From Squalus acanthias (lineage: Eukaryota), in the NCBI GenBank assembly GCA_030390025.1, contig CM059431.1, positions 125,676,001 to 125,740,000 on the forward strand: 64,000 nucleotides of DNA. Direction: 5' to 3'. This document shows, piece after piece, positions 26,640 through 39,599 of this stretch. The position numbers and the translations under genes were made by a program. Each line of letters opens with the position of its first letter. The stretch's first letter is position 1. The notes beneath the pieces are model-generated. The model was not told where the DNA came from. It saw only the letters and a list, made by a program, of their open reading frames with translations, and ran no database searches.

Positions 26640-27230
26640 TATTGTTCTATGTTTATATAACTTCTAAATTTGGTTGACATTAAATTATCTAAAATAAATG
26701 CATCATCAGCTTCAAAATCTATTTGCAGGAGTTCAGCTTGTATATGTATCAAGCATTTGTTAGATATCTCAGCTGGTTGCTCAGCAAACAGTCCTCGTGT
26801 TGAATTATTAATTCTTCTTTGGAGCAAAGGGTGGGTTGAGGGAGGTAGTGGATTGTCTCTTGCCAACAGGCACATATATCCGGTTAGCTGCTTGAAGCTT
26901 TACATTTCCTTACAAAAAATCCGACAGGATTTTCAAATTGCCCGATAGGATTAGAAGACAAATGGATATGTGGGAAGAATAGGAGATGTTGGAAGCTGGA
27001 GTAATGCATAGTCACCATAAGTGAATACTAACTATTTGTGGCGCTACCTGTAACATTCCAATTATTATCACTGTTGCGTAAGAATATTCTGAGAAAATTA
27101 CTTCTTGTTGAGCTGTTACATGGGTACTGCTCATTCTCTGCTTAAATATACAACAATGAAGTACAGGCTCCAAAGAATCATACAGTGGGTGAGAGAAGCA
27201 GAAAGTAAAAGAACCAGCCTCCAAAACTTG
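26640..27230 (-). pseudogene. Candidate decayed exon containing an RGS-like domain
   Basis: Frameshift-joined reading QHLLFF..IGQFE / QAANRIY / CLLARDNPLPPSTHPLLQRRI...CLIHIQAELLQIDFEADDAFIL follows RGS-domain motif order. Confidence 0.45.
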
Positions 27231-27247
27231 CTGCCTCTGTGTAATTT

Positions 27248-28640
27248 GGGGGTGAAATTGGACCTTGTATAATTTTTTTTAAATGATAATGCACAGAAGG
27301 AAGCCATTTGGCCCATCATTCCTGTGTCGTAGATCTATCCAATTAATCCCGCTCCCCTATTCTTTCCCCATAGCCCTGTAAATGTCTTTCCCTTCAAGTA
27401 TTTATCCAATTCTAGTTTGAATGTTAAATAAATCTGCTGCCACCAGCTTTTCAGGCAGTATTCCAGATCACAACAACTCGCTGGGTAAAAAAATGTTTCC
27501 TCATGTTGCGTCTGGTTCTTTTGCCAATCATTTTAAATTGGTGTGCTCTGGTTACCCAGAATTCTCCCACTGGAAAGATTTTCTCTTTGTTTACTCTAAC
27601 AAAACCATTCATGATTTTGAACACCTCTATCAAATCTCCTCTTAATCTTCTGTGCTCTAAGGAGAACAAACCCAGCTTCTCCATTCTCTCCACATAACTG
27701 AAGTCCCTCATTCCTGGTACAATTCTAGTAAATCTCTTCTGCACCCTTTCCTTGTTGCACCCGTTTGACCGGCAGAAAAATGGGTATAAAGAGTTCCGAT
27801 TTAAGTGGCTAACCGCCCGTGCCCAATATCATCAAAAACACGTCTAACGCCATATTGGTTCTGGCCGCTGGTAATAAACAAATTTGTCGTGGTCCTACTG
27901 CCAGCCTCTTTAGGCCAGGCCGGATCACACCCCCAATTCGGGCGCGATCCAATTTCTAGGCCAATGAGGCCTTGACCGTGAAGTCTCTCCACAAGGCCGA
28001 AGCCTACGACAACAGGTAGATGTATCGGGGGAGTGAGAGAGATCGTGGGGGGGGGGGTGCGGGTGGTGGGTACAGATTGCGGAGGGGGTGTGTGCTGATG
28101 GTTGCTAGTGGGGGTCTCGATTGTAGGGGAGTTCCCGATTGCGCAGGGGGTCCTAATGGTGGTCGGGGGGGTCCCGGTTTCGGGGGGGGGTTCCGATGGT
28201 GGTCGGGGTGGGAAGATGGTGATTGGGAGGGTTCCGATGGTGATCGGGGTTCCGATGGTTGGGGGGTTGGCAGACAAATCACGGCATGCGGGGAGTGGAC
28301 GGGTTTTAATGGATAACTTGTTGGGCCTGGAGGAAACACTCCTGCTCCTCCTGGCCCACAAGCAGTACTGTAAAGGCACTTACCTTATGGATTCAGCTCT
28401 TCTCAACTCCCTGCAGCTGCCGGGAATTACGGTTAAAATGATGGCAGGCAGCCTCATTATAATATTTAAATGACCAACCTGCTTCCCGCGAGCAGATTGG
28501 TCAGCCGCCCCTCGTCCCACTTCCGTTAAATCCAGAAGTGGGCGTGTTTGAGGCACGTTGGGTTCCTGTTTCAGAGTTTTTGTATTTTAACCTTGGACAT
28601 GACCCCAACCCACCTCTTTTTGGGAGTTAAGATTCTGCCC
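27248..28640. mobile_element. GC-rich non-autonomous DNA element with a G-rich tandem core, CR1 inserted near its left end
   Basis: Its right part is homologous, in reverse, to 55810-56652 (gtaagtgcctttacag, ...gggtgggttgggg). ggttccgatggt repeats at ~28190-28260. Confidence 0.55.
27285..27750 (-). mobile_element. CR1 LINE 3' fragment
   Basis: ORF 27451-27744 QKRFTR...RRLRGDLIEVFKIM...FFTQRVV. Confidence 0.88.
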
Positions 28641-28744
28641 TTTGCCTCCAGCATTTTTCATCTTGCTGTTCCAACATATTTTTGTTGTGGCTTGTAATGT
28701 TTAGGTAATCATCACCAGCTATTTCACTAATTATTTTAAACAAT

Positions 28745-29498
28745 GGCCTGTATTTTCCGATGCCTATGGGTGTGTACGCGCCGTAGGGACATCGGAAATG
28801 CCGGTTTCAGACATGTGAAGCGGATGCACTGAAAACCGGTATTTCCAATCTGTCAAGAATGCTCTTGACAGATCGGACACCTGCCCTGGATAAGGGCCTA
28901 TGCAGGGGGAGAGTTCCACTTTCTGCAGAACCTCCGCCCGCTGAAAACCCTTAGAAATCTTACGCCTGGTAAAAGCAGGCGTAAGGCCTGCTTTTACCAG
29001 AATAAGAGCTGAAAAAAAGTGTTAAAAAATAATTTTTTTTCACTCATTTATAATTTAAAAATACTTTTAAAAAAGGTAAGTTTATTTTTAGCCCCATAAA
29101 AAAACTTTAATTTGATTTTTCAAAAAATTAATTTTTTGATAAAAATATTTAAATTAATGTAATTTTAACTCATTTTAAAAACGTGATTTTTTTTTTTACA
29201 TTTATTTAATGTTTTAGTGTCTTTTTGGGGTGATCTCCATTCATATATTTGACAGGTCTATCTGTCAAAAGTATGAAGGGAGATTCCCTTCTCCTATTGG
29301 TTGGCCTGGCCCACGTGATCCCAGGATCGCTTGCGAATCGCATGCGCCCCTGGGATACGTGGGCCCTGCGTATTTCGACTGTGGAGAGGCCCAGGATCGG
29401 AAGTGTCCGGACCTCGGGAGCCCTCAGGTAAGTTCGTAGATTTTTTTCTGATAGGAGGCCTCCGCACGCAGGAAGCCTCCTGTCGGAAATTACGGGCC
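28745..29498. mobile_element. Harbinger-type MITE related to the 35814 element
   Basis: TIR ggcctgtattttccga / tcggaaattacgggcc, flanks AAT/ATT. Subterminal ccggtttc...gaaaaccgg palindrome and AT-rich core. Confidence 0.75.
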
Positions 29499-31079
29499 AT
29501 TATATTTTCAAGTAATCTCCAGTGGAAGCATAAAAGTGAAAGTAAATATTATTGCAGAACAGAAACAGGCAATTATTCTGGACTCTGCTTTGTATGCGAA
29601 GAAATTCCATTTTTTAAATTCGGGGTTTTGAGACGGTTACACATTTTTACTCAAATATATCCTGCCTAAATCATGGCACTCATGATCTATCTATGATTCT
29701 ATGGGAGATTTTCCTAGATATGCACCCAGACACTCTAAATTGCCTGGATGCAGTGAATATTGGAAAGCTGTGTGGTTTAAAGTGCATGGCTATAAAGGGA
29801 CCCATTTGATTTTCCTCCCATTCAAATTCCTTCCTAAATTTATTCCATTTAATGCTTTGCTGTGCATGTGGTCTGACTCATTAAACCTTCCAATATCTGT
29901 TGCACCCAAACAATCTAGTGCTCCTGGGCACAGAGATAGCATGCAGAAGGAAGAAAGGGAATAGAGGAGAAAAATCAAATTGATAAGTTATAAGCAGCGA
30001 AAAGGCTGAGATTGCAGAACAAAAGTCAATGGAAAAGAAGTACCAAGAAGAGAAAGTGAATGTATTTCAATGCTCAGATTGTGAGAAATAAACTGGGTGA
30101 ATTAGAGACAATCATGTCACAGGAAGGAATAGATTTAATAGCACTAACAGAAACGTTGCAAACTGAACACAAATGGAAAATAATCATATTGGGAAAAATT
30201 TAATTTTAGAAGATAAAGATAAGCTAGCTGAGGTGAACTCAAAAGAGAAATTGGCACATAGGATTGTAGATCAACAATGGGATATTTTTAAAAAAGGAGA
30301 TTGCTTAGTTGCAGAATATACATATTCCAATAAAAAAATGAGACGACTTCAAATTTCAGAATGCTGTGGTTAAATAAAGAGGTTAGAAACAAACTAAAAT
30401 TGAGGAAGATGGAATATGAGACCTATACCTGTGATAAAAAAAGAGAATTCAAGAGAATAAGAAAAGAGGTTAAGAATGGGGTAAGGATAGCAAGGCGGGA
30501 ACATGAGGAGAAACTCTCAAAAAATATTACAGATAACAGTAAATTATTCTGTAAATATATCAGTAAAAGAACAATTGTTAAATGTGAGGTGGGACCTTAG
30601 AGATGAGAAAATAGCAAGTTATTAGAAGATAAGCAGAAGTTGGCAGGGATATTCAACAAGAACTCAGCTACAGTGTCTGCAGAGACGAATATTAAGGAAG
30701 AAGTAAATCCTGAATTGGTTAAAAGCAAGATGAAAGTTATTATAATAAATTAAAGGAAAACTTTAGAGAAGTTAGTTAAGCTAAAGGAGGACAAGTGTTG
30801 GGTCCTGATGGAATACATCCAAGCATCCTGAGGGAATTAGGAAAAGAAATAGCAGAGGGCCTAATAATTACATTTCAGGGTTCTACTGAGAGTGGATTTG
30901 TGTTCAAGGACTGGATTTTATAAAAGAGAGATCATGCTTGACAAACCTGAGAGAGCTCTTTGGGGAGGTGACAGATATGGCGGATGGGGATAATGATGTG
31001 CGGGTGGTGTAGATAGATTTTCAGTAAATCTTTGACAAGGTACCACATATCAGACTATTGGAGAAGATTAAAAGATATG

Positions 31080-31822
31080 GGGGGAAAAATTAGGTCGCGC
31101 CCCGTTTGGGGCGCAAATATCGTCTGGACGCAAATATTAGCGCCTGGCGCTAATTATCGCCACTGACTGGAAACTTCACTTTTACCGCCCCGGGAGGTGA
31201 GTGGAGCGCTAAATCAGGCGCTGCACACCTGTCTTAAGGCGCAAAGGCCGAGCAGTGAGGCGCTAACTCAGCGGGCGAGCGCAGCGCAGGTGCTGCCAGT
31301 TAGCGAGGGAACACAGACACACTGGCGCCGGCCAGTTCTTAAAGCGGGGGGGGGTCAACTGTTAGGATCAGTAGGCAAAACTACCTCACAAAGCGTTGAC
31401 TCAATGCAGAAGTCTCTCTTTCTCTCTCTCCGAATCTCTCTCTCTCTCTCAGAACGAGTGGTGCAAAAATGTCAACCACAGAAAAAGACAGGAAGAGGCC
31501 CCCTTTAAATAGCGCCCCCCCCCCAGCCCCACAGCGATTGATAGCGTTCCAGTCTTCCGGTCGTTGGATGCGCCAGGCGGTAAGGCAGGGGGCGCCACTC
31601 AATTTCCGCTCCGGGGCGCCACAAGGGCGTTGCACCATGGAATGACGTCACAATCTGCGCGCGCAGGTGGTCGCAGCGGTAAAGTTTAGCGCCGCCGCAC
31701 AATGTCTAGTTAAGTTCCGGAGCGGCGCAAACATCGCTGCGCCCGGGCGTTAGCGGCTTTGCGCCCCATTAGCGCCCTCTTAAGGCGCTAACGGGAGGCG
31801 CAACCAACTGAATTTTTACCCC
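31080..31822 (+). mobile_element. Harbinger-derived MITE, family A, copy 2 (internally deleted)
   Basis: TIRs as in copy 3, TSD ATG. Removing it restores the host CR1 sequence (aaagatATGgaatt). Confidence 0.9.
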
Positions 31823-32601
31823 ATGGAATTTGTGGGAAGGTAACAAATTGGATTAAAAATTGATTAGAAAGAGGAAACAGAGAGTAGGAGTTTAGGGCAG
31901 TTTCTCAGATGGATGGAAGTGGATAGCAGTGTCACATAGAGTTCTGTTGTGGGATTGCTTCTGTTCACTGTGTACATCAATTACTTGGATATAGGGCTAG
32001 AGAGAGTGGTGTCCAAATTTGCAACAAAACTAAAACAGGAGGCATAGTAAATAATTGTGAGGAACAAAGCAAGCTGCAATGGGGGTATGGATAAGATGGT
32101 GGAATGGGCAAATGGAATTTAATGATTGTAAATGTGAGATTTTTTTCAGTTAAACAAAAATAAAAGTAATACCTATATTTTGAGTGGAGGAAAACTGGGT
32201 GATGTGAAAGAGCAGAGGGAGTTGGTGGTTTAATTTCATAAAACATTAAGTGGATGAGGTCATAATAAAGCCAATGGAATACTAGGTAGTATGGCAAGAG
32301 GCATAGAATATAAATGTACAGATGTAATGGTGAGTCTATATAAAACCTTAGTAACATCACAGTTAGAGTACTATGTACAGATATGGAGTCAATAGAAAGG
32401 AAACAGAATAGATTAATTGGGATGTCGGCTGGTATGAGGATATACAAATACAAAGAAGACTTGGAAAATTGTGGCTATTTTCATTGGAACCAGAAGATTA
32501 ATGGGTAATTTTATGAAGAGATGAGGAAGAATAGAATAAAGCAGACTGTTTACAGTGATTTAGGTATCTAGAACAAGGGGACATAGTTAGAAGATTAAAT
32601 G

Positions 32602-34250
32602 TAAGAACATAGAAACATAGGAATGGGAGTAGGCCATTCAGCCGCACGACCCTGTTCCAGCATTCAATGAGATCAAGGCTAATCTGTATCCTAAGTCCAT
32701 CCACCTACCTTAGCTCCCTATCCATTAATACCCTTGGCTAGCAAAAATCTATCAATCTCAGATTTAAAATTATTGATTGAGGTAGCATCTACTGCTTTTT
32801 GTGAGAGAGAACTCCACACTTCTACCACCCTTTGCATGAAGAAGTGTTTCCTAACTTCTTTTCTGAATAGCCTGGCTCTGATTTTAAGGTTATGACACCT
32901 TGTCCTAGACTTGCCCACTAGCGGAGAAAGTTTCTCTCTACCTACCCTATCAATTCCTTTCAAAATCCTAAAAACCTCAATCAAATCCCCCCCTTAACCT
33001 TCTATATTCCAGGGAATACAAGCCTAGTTTGTGTAATCTCTCCTCATAATCTAACCCTTTGAGCCGGTAACATTCTGGTGAATCTGCACTGCACTCCTTC
33101 AAAGGCCAATGGCCCAGAAATTAAACATCGATGGTTCCCGCGGGGGTAAGGATTCCCCGCGATATCGCATTCCGCGCCTACCTTTTTGTTTGGGGCCCAC
33201 ATGAACTTTAGTTTCAGGGTCTCTCCCTGTTGCAACTGTGCAGTGCTTGCGTGACCCAGAGGCGCAATTAGTTTGTGCGAGCTCTGGGATCACGTGATTC
33301 AGTCAGAGCCAATGGCAGCACACCATCTTTCATTCATAGTTTTGACAGCAAGGGCTGTCAAAGCTAGGAATACTACAAGCCCCCAAAAGAACAGCTAAAC
33401 CTCAATTAAATATTAAAAAAGCCATCACATTAATAAAATAACTATAGTTAAATAAATTAACCACTTTAAACAAAAAATTAAATTATTGAAAAAATTTAAA
33501 ATCTTTTTAAAAGTTATAAAAATAAACTTACCTTTCTTTAAAGTCTGTAAAAAAGATAAACCTGTTGAAAAAAATTTAAAATAACACTTAATTAACTACT
33601 TACCTTGTTAAAAGGGGGTCCTACGCCTGCTTTCTTTATGTGTAAAATCTTCACCACTTACCTGCGCGCTCAAACCTGAAAAAAAACTAAGTGCACTGCG
33701 TGCGCACAACCTGTAGTGCGCACGCGGTTCACTTAGGAACCGCCCCCTTTGCAATACACGAAGTGCCGGTTTCCCGCGCATGCGCAGTGCATGCAGGAAA
33801 CCGGCAATTCGGGACCTAATACGCGAGAATACACAGTGCGTACTCTCGCGTATTAGGTCTAATTTTCGGGCCATTATATCCTTTCTAAGGTGCTGTGCCC
33901 AGAACTGTACACAGTACTCCAGATGTGGTCTAATCAGGGCTTTGTATAACTTCCTCCCCTTTATGTTCTAGCCCTCTAGTTATAAAGGCTAACATTTCAT
34001 TCACCCTTTTGATTATTTTTGTATATTTTAGTGATTTGTGTATGTGGATCCTTAAATCTCTTTGGATCGACACTGTTCCTAGCCTTTTACCATATAATCT
34101 GTCCTTTTTTTGAGGCAAAAAGGATGAGCTCACACTTACCTGCGTTGAAATCCATCTGCCACAGATTTGTCCACTCACTTAATCTATCAATATCTCTTTG
34201 TAATTTTATCATCCCATTTACACTACTTACTATGCAACCAATCTTTGTGA
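32602..34250 (-). mobile_element. CR1 LINE 3' fragment nested in the older CR1
   Basis: IEVFRILKG...FFMQRVVEVW (ORF 32718-32984) with a CR1 tail. Interrupted by the MITE at 33111-33872. Confidence 0.88.
33111..33872 (-). mobile_element. MITE related to the 35814-39537 Harbinger, opposite orientation
   Basis: Both ends match the ends of the 35814 element (ggcccagaaat..., ...tactctcgcgtatt...aattttcgggcc). Flanks AAT/ATT. Confidence 0.88.
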
Positions 34251-34689
34251 TTTAAGAGAGAGAGTAGGAGAAGCTTTTTATACCAAGGTTTGTTAGGCTG
34301 TGGAATGAGCTACCAGAGTTGAAGCAGAGGCCATGTTAACAGTTAGAAAAGTGGTTGAAAGAAATGGGAATAAATGGCTATGGGAATAAAGTGGGCACAT
34401 GGCATTAGGATTATTGCTTATATAGTTGATGAACATCAACATGGACTGGTTGGCCCAAATGGTTTGTCTCCATTAGGAATTTCTATGTAAGACCCAAGAA
34501 AATCTCATCGTTATCCTAGGATATTTAAGGCTTATTACAAACAAAGCATTATTATTGGCTCAGTAAGTTCCTTTCTAATTTACTTTAGTGACAAAATGTA
34601 CTTACCTGATAAATTATTTATAACCAACAAGCAATGTTACCTGAAAATGAAATTCATCACAATTTTTTCTTTCTACCATGCTTGTGGTA

Positions 34690-35065
34690 AATTTGATTTC
34701 CTCCTCTTTTCTTCCTTCCCTGAAGGTGATGGTTCATTCGGAGGTCTGTTGGCTCTGTGGTAAGTTGACCCAAGGTCAATTTCATTGGTGAGCCAGGAAA
34801 GTAGTGCCCGGCACTATTTGACTTTAGATATCATTACAATTAGGATAATTCTGATATGTGTATAGTTATACATGTGCACAGCAGAGCGGTTAGAATCTAA
34901 AGCCTTATTCATCCCCAGCCCCATAATATTGAAAGCAATTGCAATACCATTGCTGCTGGTCTTGGGAGATTTACTAACACAGCACAAACAAGGGTTTTTG
35001 AACCTGGGACCTTTCTGGTCTGCATGGCTCTCATGATATATTTTCCACTGAGTCAGCAGAGAAGC
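34690..35065 (-). mobile_element. Ancient tRNA-derived SINE (LF-SINE/Deu-SINE-like)
   Basis: Minus strand gccatgcagaccagaaaggtcccaggttcaa...tgtgctgtgttag: B-box-like head. Family similarity is recalled, not searched. Confidence 0.45.
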
Positions 35066-35078
35066 TCAATGATCTTAC

Positions 35079-35677
35079 CCATTTACTTCAGTATTGATAG
35101 CATTATTTAAATGCTTGCTTTTGAAATACTTTGTTGTTTTACTTATTACTTCTAAATAAATCCTTATCATTGGACCAAACTTTCCTATAGTATATTCATA
35201 CAATCATCCTCCCATTTTTCACAGGTCAGAAACAGGTCAGGATTAATTTTCTTCATTATAACTACCACTGTCATATATATTCCGTGAAATAATAAAAAGT
35301 GGGTGAAAGTGACGACGTAAATATAGTTTCATCTCAAGATTCAAATGACAACAAACCACTCAAGCTTTCTTCTTACAATTTATGGCATCATCTGAACTTG
35401 TCAAGGAGATTATTACCTTGTCATCACTAACACCTACATATTGTTCTCCATTCTTTAATATTTTTGAAAGAGTGCTCTCTATTTTTTTACAATTAGTAAC
35501 TGTCAACCTCCAGGCAGAGAGAAGAGATGGCTGAGAATAGCTCTGAACACCTTGTATACCTCCACATGTCAACTTTGTGCTTTTCTGTAGTGTGATGTTA
35601 GTGGTCTTTAGAAATATAATAATAGAACAAAGAACATTGAAGGGAGAAGAGATATTTTCTGGATTTGGAATGATCAT
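35079..35677 (-). pseudogene. Candidate decayed exon with RGS-like segments, abutting the Gypsy insertion
   Basis: LLSAWRLTVTNCKKI...LKNGEQYVGVSDD...KKA*VVCCHL, then (frameshifted) NPDLFLTCEKWEDDCMNIL*ESLVQ. Donor TGG|gtaaga at 35079. Confidence 0.4.
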
Positions 35678-36591
35678 ACTTGTAATGTATTATCACATGG
35701 TTTGTCACATGGTTTTGTATGAGCATGCTCAGTTTGCTCTGGCCTAATAAACAAGCACAAGGACTGGCAACTCATCCTGTCTCTGTCCTTCATTTGTTCT
35801 GCCCACATATATTGGCCCAAAAATTAGTCTCAGTATGCGAGAGTACGCACTGTGTACTCTCGCGTATTCTGTCTCCAATTGCCGGTTTTCTGCATGCACT
35901 GCGCATGCGCTGAAAACCGGCACTTCATGTTGGTTCACCTGCAGGTATCTCCGTGGAATCGCGTGGGCCGGAGATTCTGCGCGTGCGTCCTGAACTTTAA
36001 TATTTTTCTGTATGAAAGTAGTGTTTGTAAGCTCCTAGCAGTTACACATGTAAAAAGCAGGAGTAAGAGCCATTTTTGAAGATCCGGAGACAGCAGGAGG
36101 AATAAATCCTTTTGCAGTGGGGCTACTGAAGTGAGTTTTTTTAAATCTGAAAGCCACCAAAGTTTATTTAATTAAGTCTTAGGTAAGTTTGCAATTTTAA
36201 AAAAAGTTTAAAAACGGGTTTTGACCATTTGGAGTAGTATAGCAACTGTGGGTGTGTGCAAGGCATATTTAGGTATCTATCATAAATGTGAAAATGAAAG
36301 TTTAAAAATGAACTATTTACATTTCAAAAAGTTTTAAAGATGAAAATGAGTAAGTAAGTATGTATGTATGTATGTATGCATGTATGCATTAATTTATGAA
36401 AATGTTACAGTTCTGGAAAATCAACTAGGGCCGTGTGGCGGGTAGATGTGTTCCCAATCCGATAGCGCACATTTCCCACCATAGCCCGACCTGATTTTAT
36501 AGCCACTCACTTTACTAAAGTTACTTTAACAACTATTTCCATTTTTTCATTACAACTTTCTGTTTGAAGAGGAAGCCTGTGAGGGAGAAAG

Positions 36592-37740
36592 ATGCCCTTT
36601 CACAATCAATTCCTGTTCCTCTGTGGGATTGTGTATCAGATAATTTTTGACGGCAGACAACAAATCAGACGGAGGAACCAAGCCCGTCTCCTCCAGAGAA
36701 GGAGAAACTACTACCCACCAAATAGAGTGTACAGGCAGAGGCTGTCATTTGAGATGCTGTCGGAGGAGTTGTGTGTGAGGAGGCTGCGCTTCAGTAAAGA
36801 GTCAATTGGCCGAATCTGTGACATGTTAAAGGAGGACCTTCAAACACGCTCGAAGAGCCGCACTGCATTGTCAGTGAGCATGAAGGTAACCACAGCACTG
36901 AACTTCTTTGCAAGTGGGACTTTTCAGGCAAGCACCGGTGACATTTCCAACATATCCAAGAATGCTGCGAGGGCCTGCATTCAATAGGTCACAGAAGCCA
37001 TTTTCCGTAGGGCTTCTGAGTTCATTAACTATGACTTGTCCGCTCGCCATCAAAAGGAGATGGCGCTTGCATTTCATAACATTGCTGGATTCCTCAAAGT
37101 GATTGGGGCCGTCGATGGAACCCATGTAGCATTGAAGGCACCAGGGGTTGCACCTGTGACATTTATCAACAGGAAGGGGTTTCATTCATTGAATGTCCAG
37201 ATTGTCTGTGATGCGCATCTCAGGATCTTAAATGTGAATGCAAGTAACCGTGGAAGTAATCATGACTCCTTCGTCCTCCGTAACTCTAACTTATATGGTG
37301 CCCTCAACGCATTGCCTCCAGGATCCGCATGGATATTGGGCAACAAGGGCTACCCGCTAAGACCATGGCTGATGACTCCCTACCGCAAGACCAATAATGA
37401 GGCTCAGGAGAGATACAACCAGGCAAACGTGTCCACACGGCAAGTGGTGGAGAGGACAATCGGAGTTCTGAAATCACGCTTCCGGTGCCTGGACAGGTCA
37501 GGGGGGACCTTGCAGTATTCTCCTCTGAAAGTGACAAAGATTGTGGTGGTCTGTTGTGCTTTGCATAACTTTGCCCTGCGGGAAGGACTGACCCTTAACG
37601 CTGCAGATGAACTACCTGCAGAAAGGGAGGACGTGGACAATGCCAATGTGCCTGTGGGAAGGCATGATGGGGAAGAGCCAACTGCTGCTCAAAGTAAGGC
37701 TGTTCGGGAGCAGCTGGTAGCCAACACCTTCACGAGGTAG
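36592..37740 (+). pseudogene. Harbinger DDE transposase (HARBI1-like), one in-frame stop at 36985-36987
   Basis: ORFs 36592 and 37036 are in the same frame. GAVDGTH, NRKGFHSLNVQ, HDS, LGNKGY (expected catalytic D is N), VVERTIGVLKSRFRCL, CCALHNF. Confidence 0.92.
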
Positions 37741-38291
37741 TGTCGCCTTGTACCTCCCCCTCCCCCTCCCCCTCCCTCTCCCTCTCCCGCAGCAAGGCAA
37801 ATAAAGGTACAGACACAATTTAAAGTGAAACAGTGCTCTTTTATTGCAGCATTATAGACTTCTGAGGTTCATTGTTGATGTACATAGTTTATAACTTTTC
37901 AATGTTAACTAGCTACTTTTCAACTTTGTAAACAATCATAAACAGAAATAGGTTAGAAAAAAAATTGTAAACAGTTCTGACTTACTTTTTTGCTTCGTTA
38001 ATGCAATAAAGACATTCAAGATGGAAAATAACTCTTTCCTAAATGTAAAACAGTTTTAATGTTCAATTTTTTTGTGCAAATAAACAATTTGAATTTTTAA
38101 AAAGTGAATAGAGGCTGTACTTTTTCAATGAAAAGCTTACTTACAGTTTCAGTGTCAAATATATATTTAAATTTAAAAAAATGAAAACATGTAACTTTTG
38201 AATAAAACGAAAAATTAAACAATTGAAAAATTTACCCACTCGAAACTATTCCTGAGGGTCAATGGATGTGCATTGTGGAACATGCAACACC

Positions 38292-39066
38292 CTACTGTCT
38301 CTTGCGCTTTCCCGCTCCCCTTGACCGGTGCCCTGTGCTGCGACTTGAAACGGCCCTGCTTGCCGTCTCTTGCCCTTCAGCAATTGCCTCCTGACAGGGT
38401 TGTTGCTGCTGCTGCTGCTGCTGCAAGGCAATGTTTGCTTGCATCATCATAGGCGGAGCAGGTGGCTCTTGGACCTGCACTGATTCTGCGCTGGGAGCAG
38501 GTAAGGTTGGTTCTGAGGGAGTCACAGTAATGGCAGCAGAAATTATTTGCATGAGTCCAACAAGAGACTCATTTATTTTCTTAAGATCCATTCCCAAATC
38601 GGGTTTCTGCAACAGTCCAACAAGAGACTCATTTATTTTCTTAAGCTCCATTCCCAGATTTTGAGCAATGATAGACTCTTTCATTTCATTAAATGACATG
38701 CACAGACATTCCACTACCTGCTTGACCGAGGCAAGACAATCAACTTCTTTCTCTGTAAAAGAAGACATCGATTGCCTCAACCCTTCAAGATGGTGGATGT
38801 GACCCTGTACAAACCTTGAGTGTTCGCAATAAATCACTGAATTTTTTGCGACATTGCTCAGCTGTACGAGGAATGGTCGAGGTTGCGGTCACACTTTGAG
38901 CAACCTCTTTCCACGCTGCCATTTGGCCTTTTCGAGGCGGTTTGGACTTCTCAGTTCCAATTATCCTTAATCGCTTCGCTTCTACCTCGTCGAGAAGTGT
39001 GCGGAGATCATCATCACTGAAATTCTGTGTTCTTTTGATAAATTGGATAGTGCTGATAGCAGCCAT
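38292..39066 (-). pseudogene. Harbinger Myb/SANT-like protein, frame break near 38810
   Basis: KRTQNFSDDDLRTLLDEV...AWKEVA...RTAEQCRKKFSDL, then in another frame a duplicated helical segment, polyQ and basic end KRKRQ. Confidence 0.88.
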
Positions 39067-39599
39067 TTCCGTTTGCTGATTATAAACAGTAAAATCAATG
39101 AAAAAAATGATTTCTGGGCTTTTAAAACTATTTAAATTACTTTAAATCTCTTTGCAACTGTTTAAAATTACTCCAATTCAACTAAAAATCTTTAAAAGTT
39201 TTCAAAACATGCATTTAAATCCAACTTACTTTAACTGCCACGTCTACCACTGTTAGAATTGTGCCTTCAGCTCCTGTGTAACTGCATTCAATTGAAAAAA
39301 AAAATGGGGGCGTGGCCTATGGTAAAGAGACCTTAATGGGCGTGTCTTCACTCGACATCGCACGCGATGAAACGCGCACGCTGCGCTGCAGGGCGGTGTG
39401 ATGTCATATGCTGCCCTGCACTCCAGCTCCAAAAAGATGACGTTCCTCCGTGGAAAAATGGAAACGGCAGACGCGGTATGTATTACCGCGCCGGCTCCTT
39501 ACCCCCGCGTGAAGAGACAGAGATTCATTTCTGGGCCATTACATTTTGGCAACAAGGATGGGATTTAAAAGCCATTTTTGAGGATCATGGAAGGACATA

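Larger units (their letters stand above)
30040..34490 (+). mobile_element. Old degraded CR1 LINE (endonuclease + RT), split by a MITE and a younger CR1
   Basis: YFNA..RNKLGELE..DLIALTET endonuclease start, GPDGIHP and FDKVPH remnants. Sequence resumes after 31822 and after ~34250. Confidence 0.8.
35814..39537 (+). mobile_element. Near-complete PIF/Harbinger transposon inserted in the Gypsy 5' LTR
   Basis: TIR ggccca.aaat, TSD ATT, convergent transposase and Myb genes. Confidence 0.93.

Noticed and set aside
27801..28473. Proline- or glycine-rich ORFs
   Set aside because: By-products of a G-rich tandem core in a non-coding repeat.
36350..36390. (TAAG)n/(TATG)n here and (CCCCCT)n at about 37755-37790
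   Set aside because: Ordinary microsatellites within the transposon.
36592..39066. Domesticated host HARBI1/NAIF1 genes
   Set aside because: Bounded by TIRs and a TSD, inserted in an LTR, and carrying disabling mutations.
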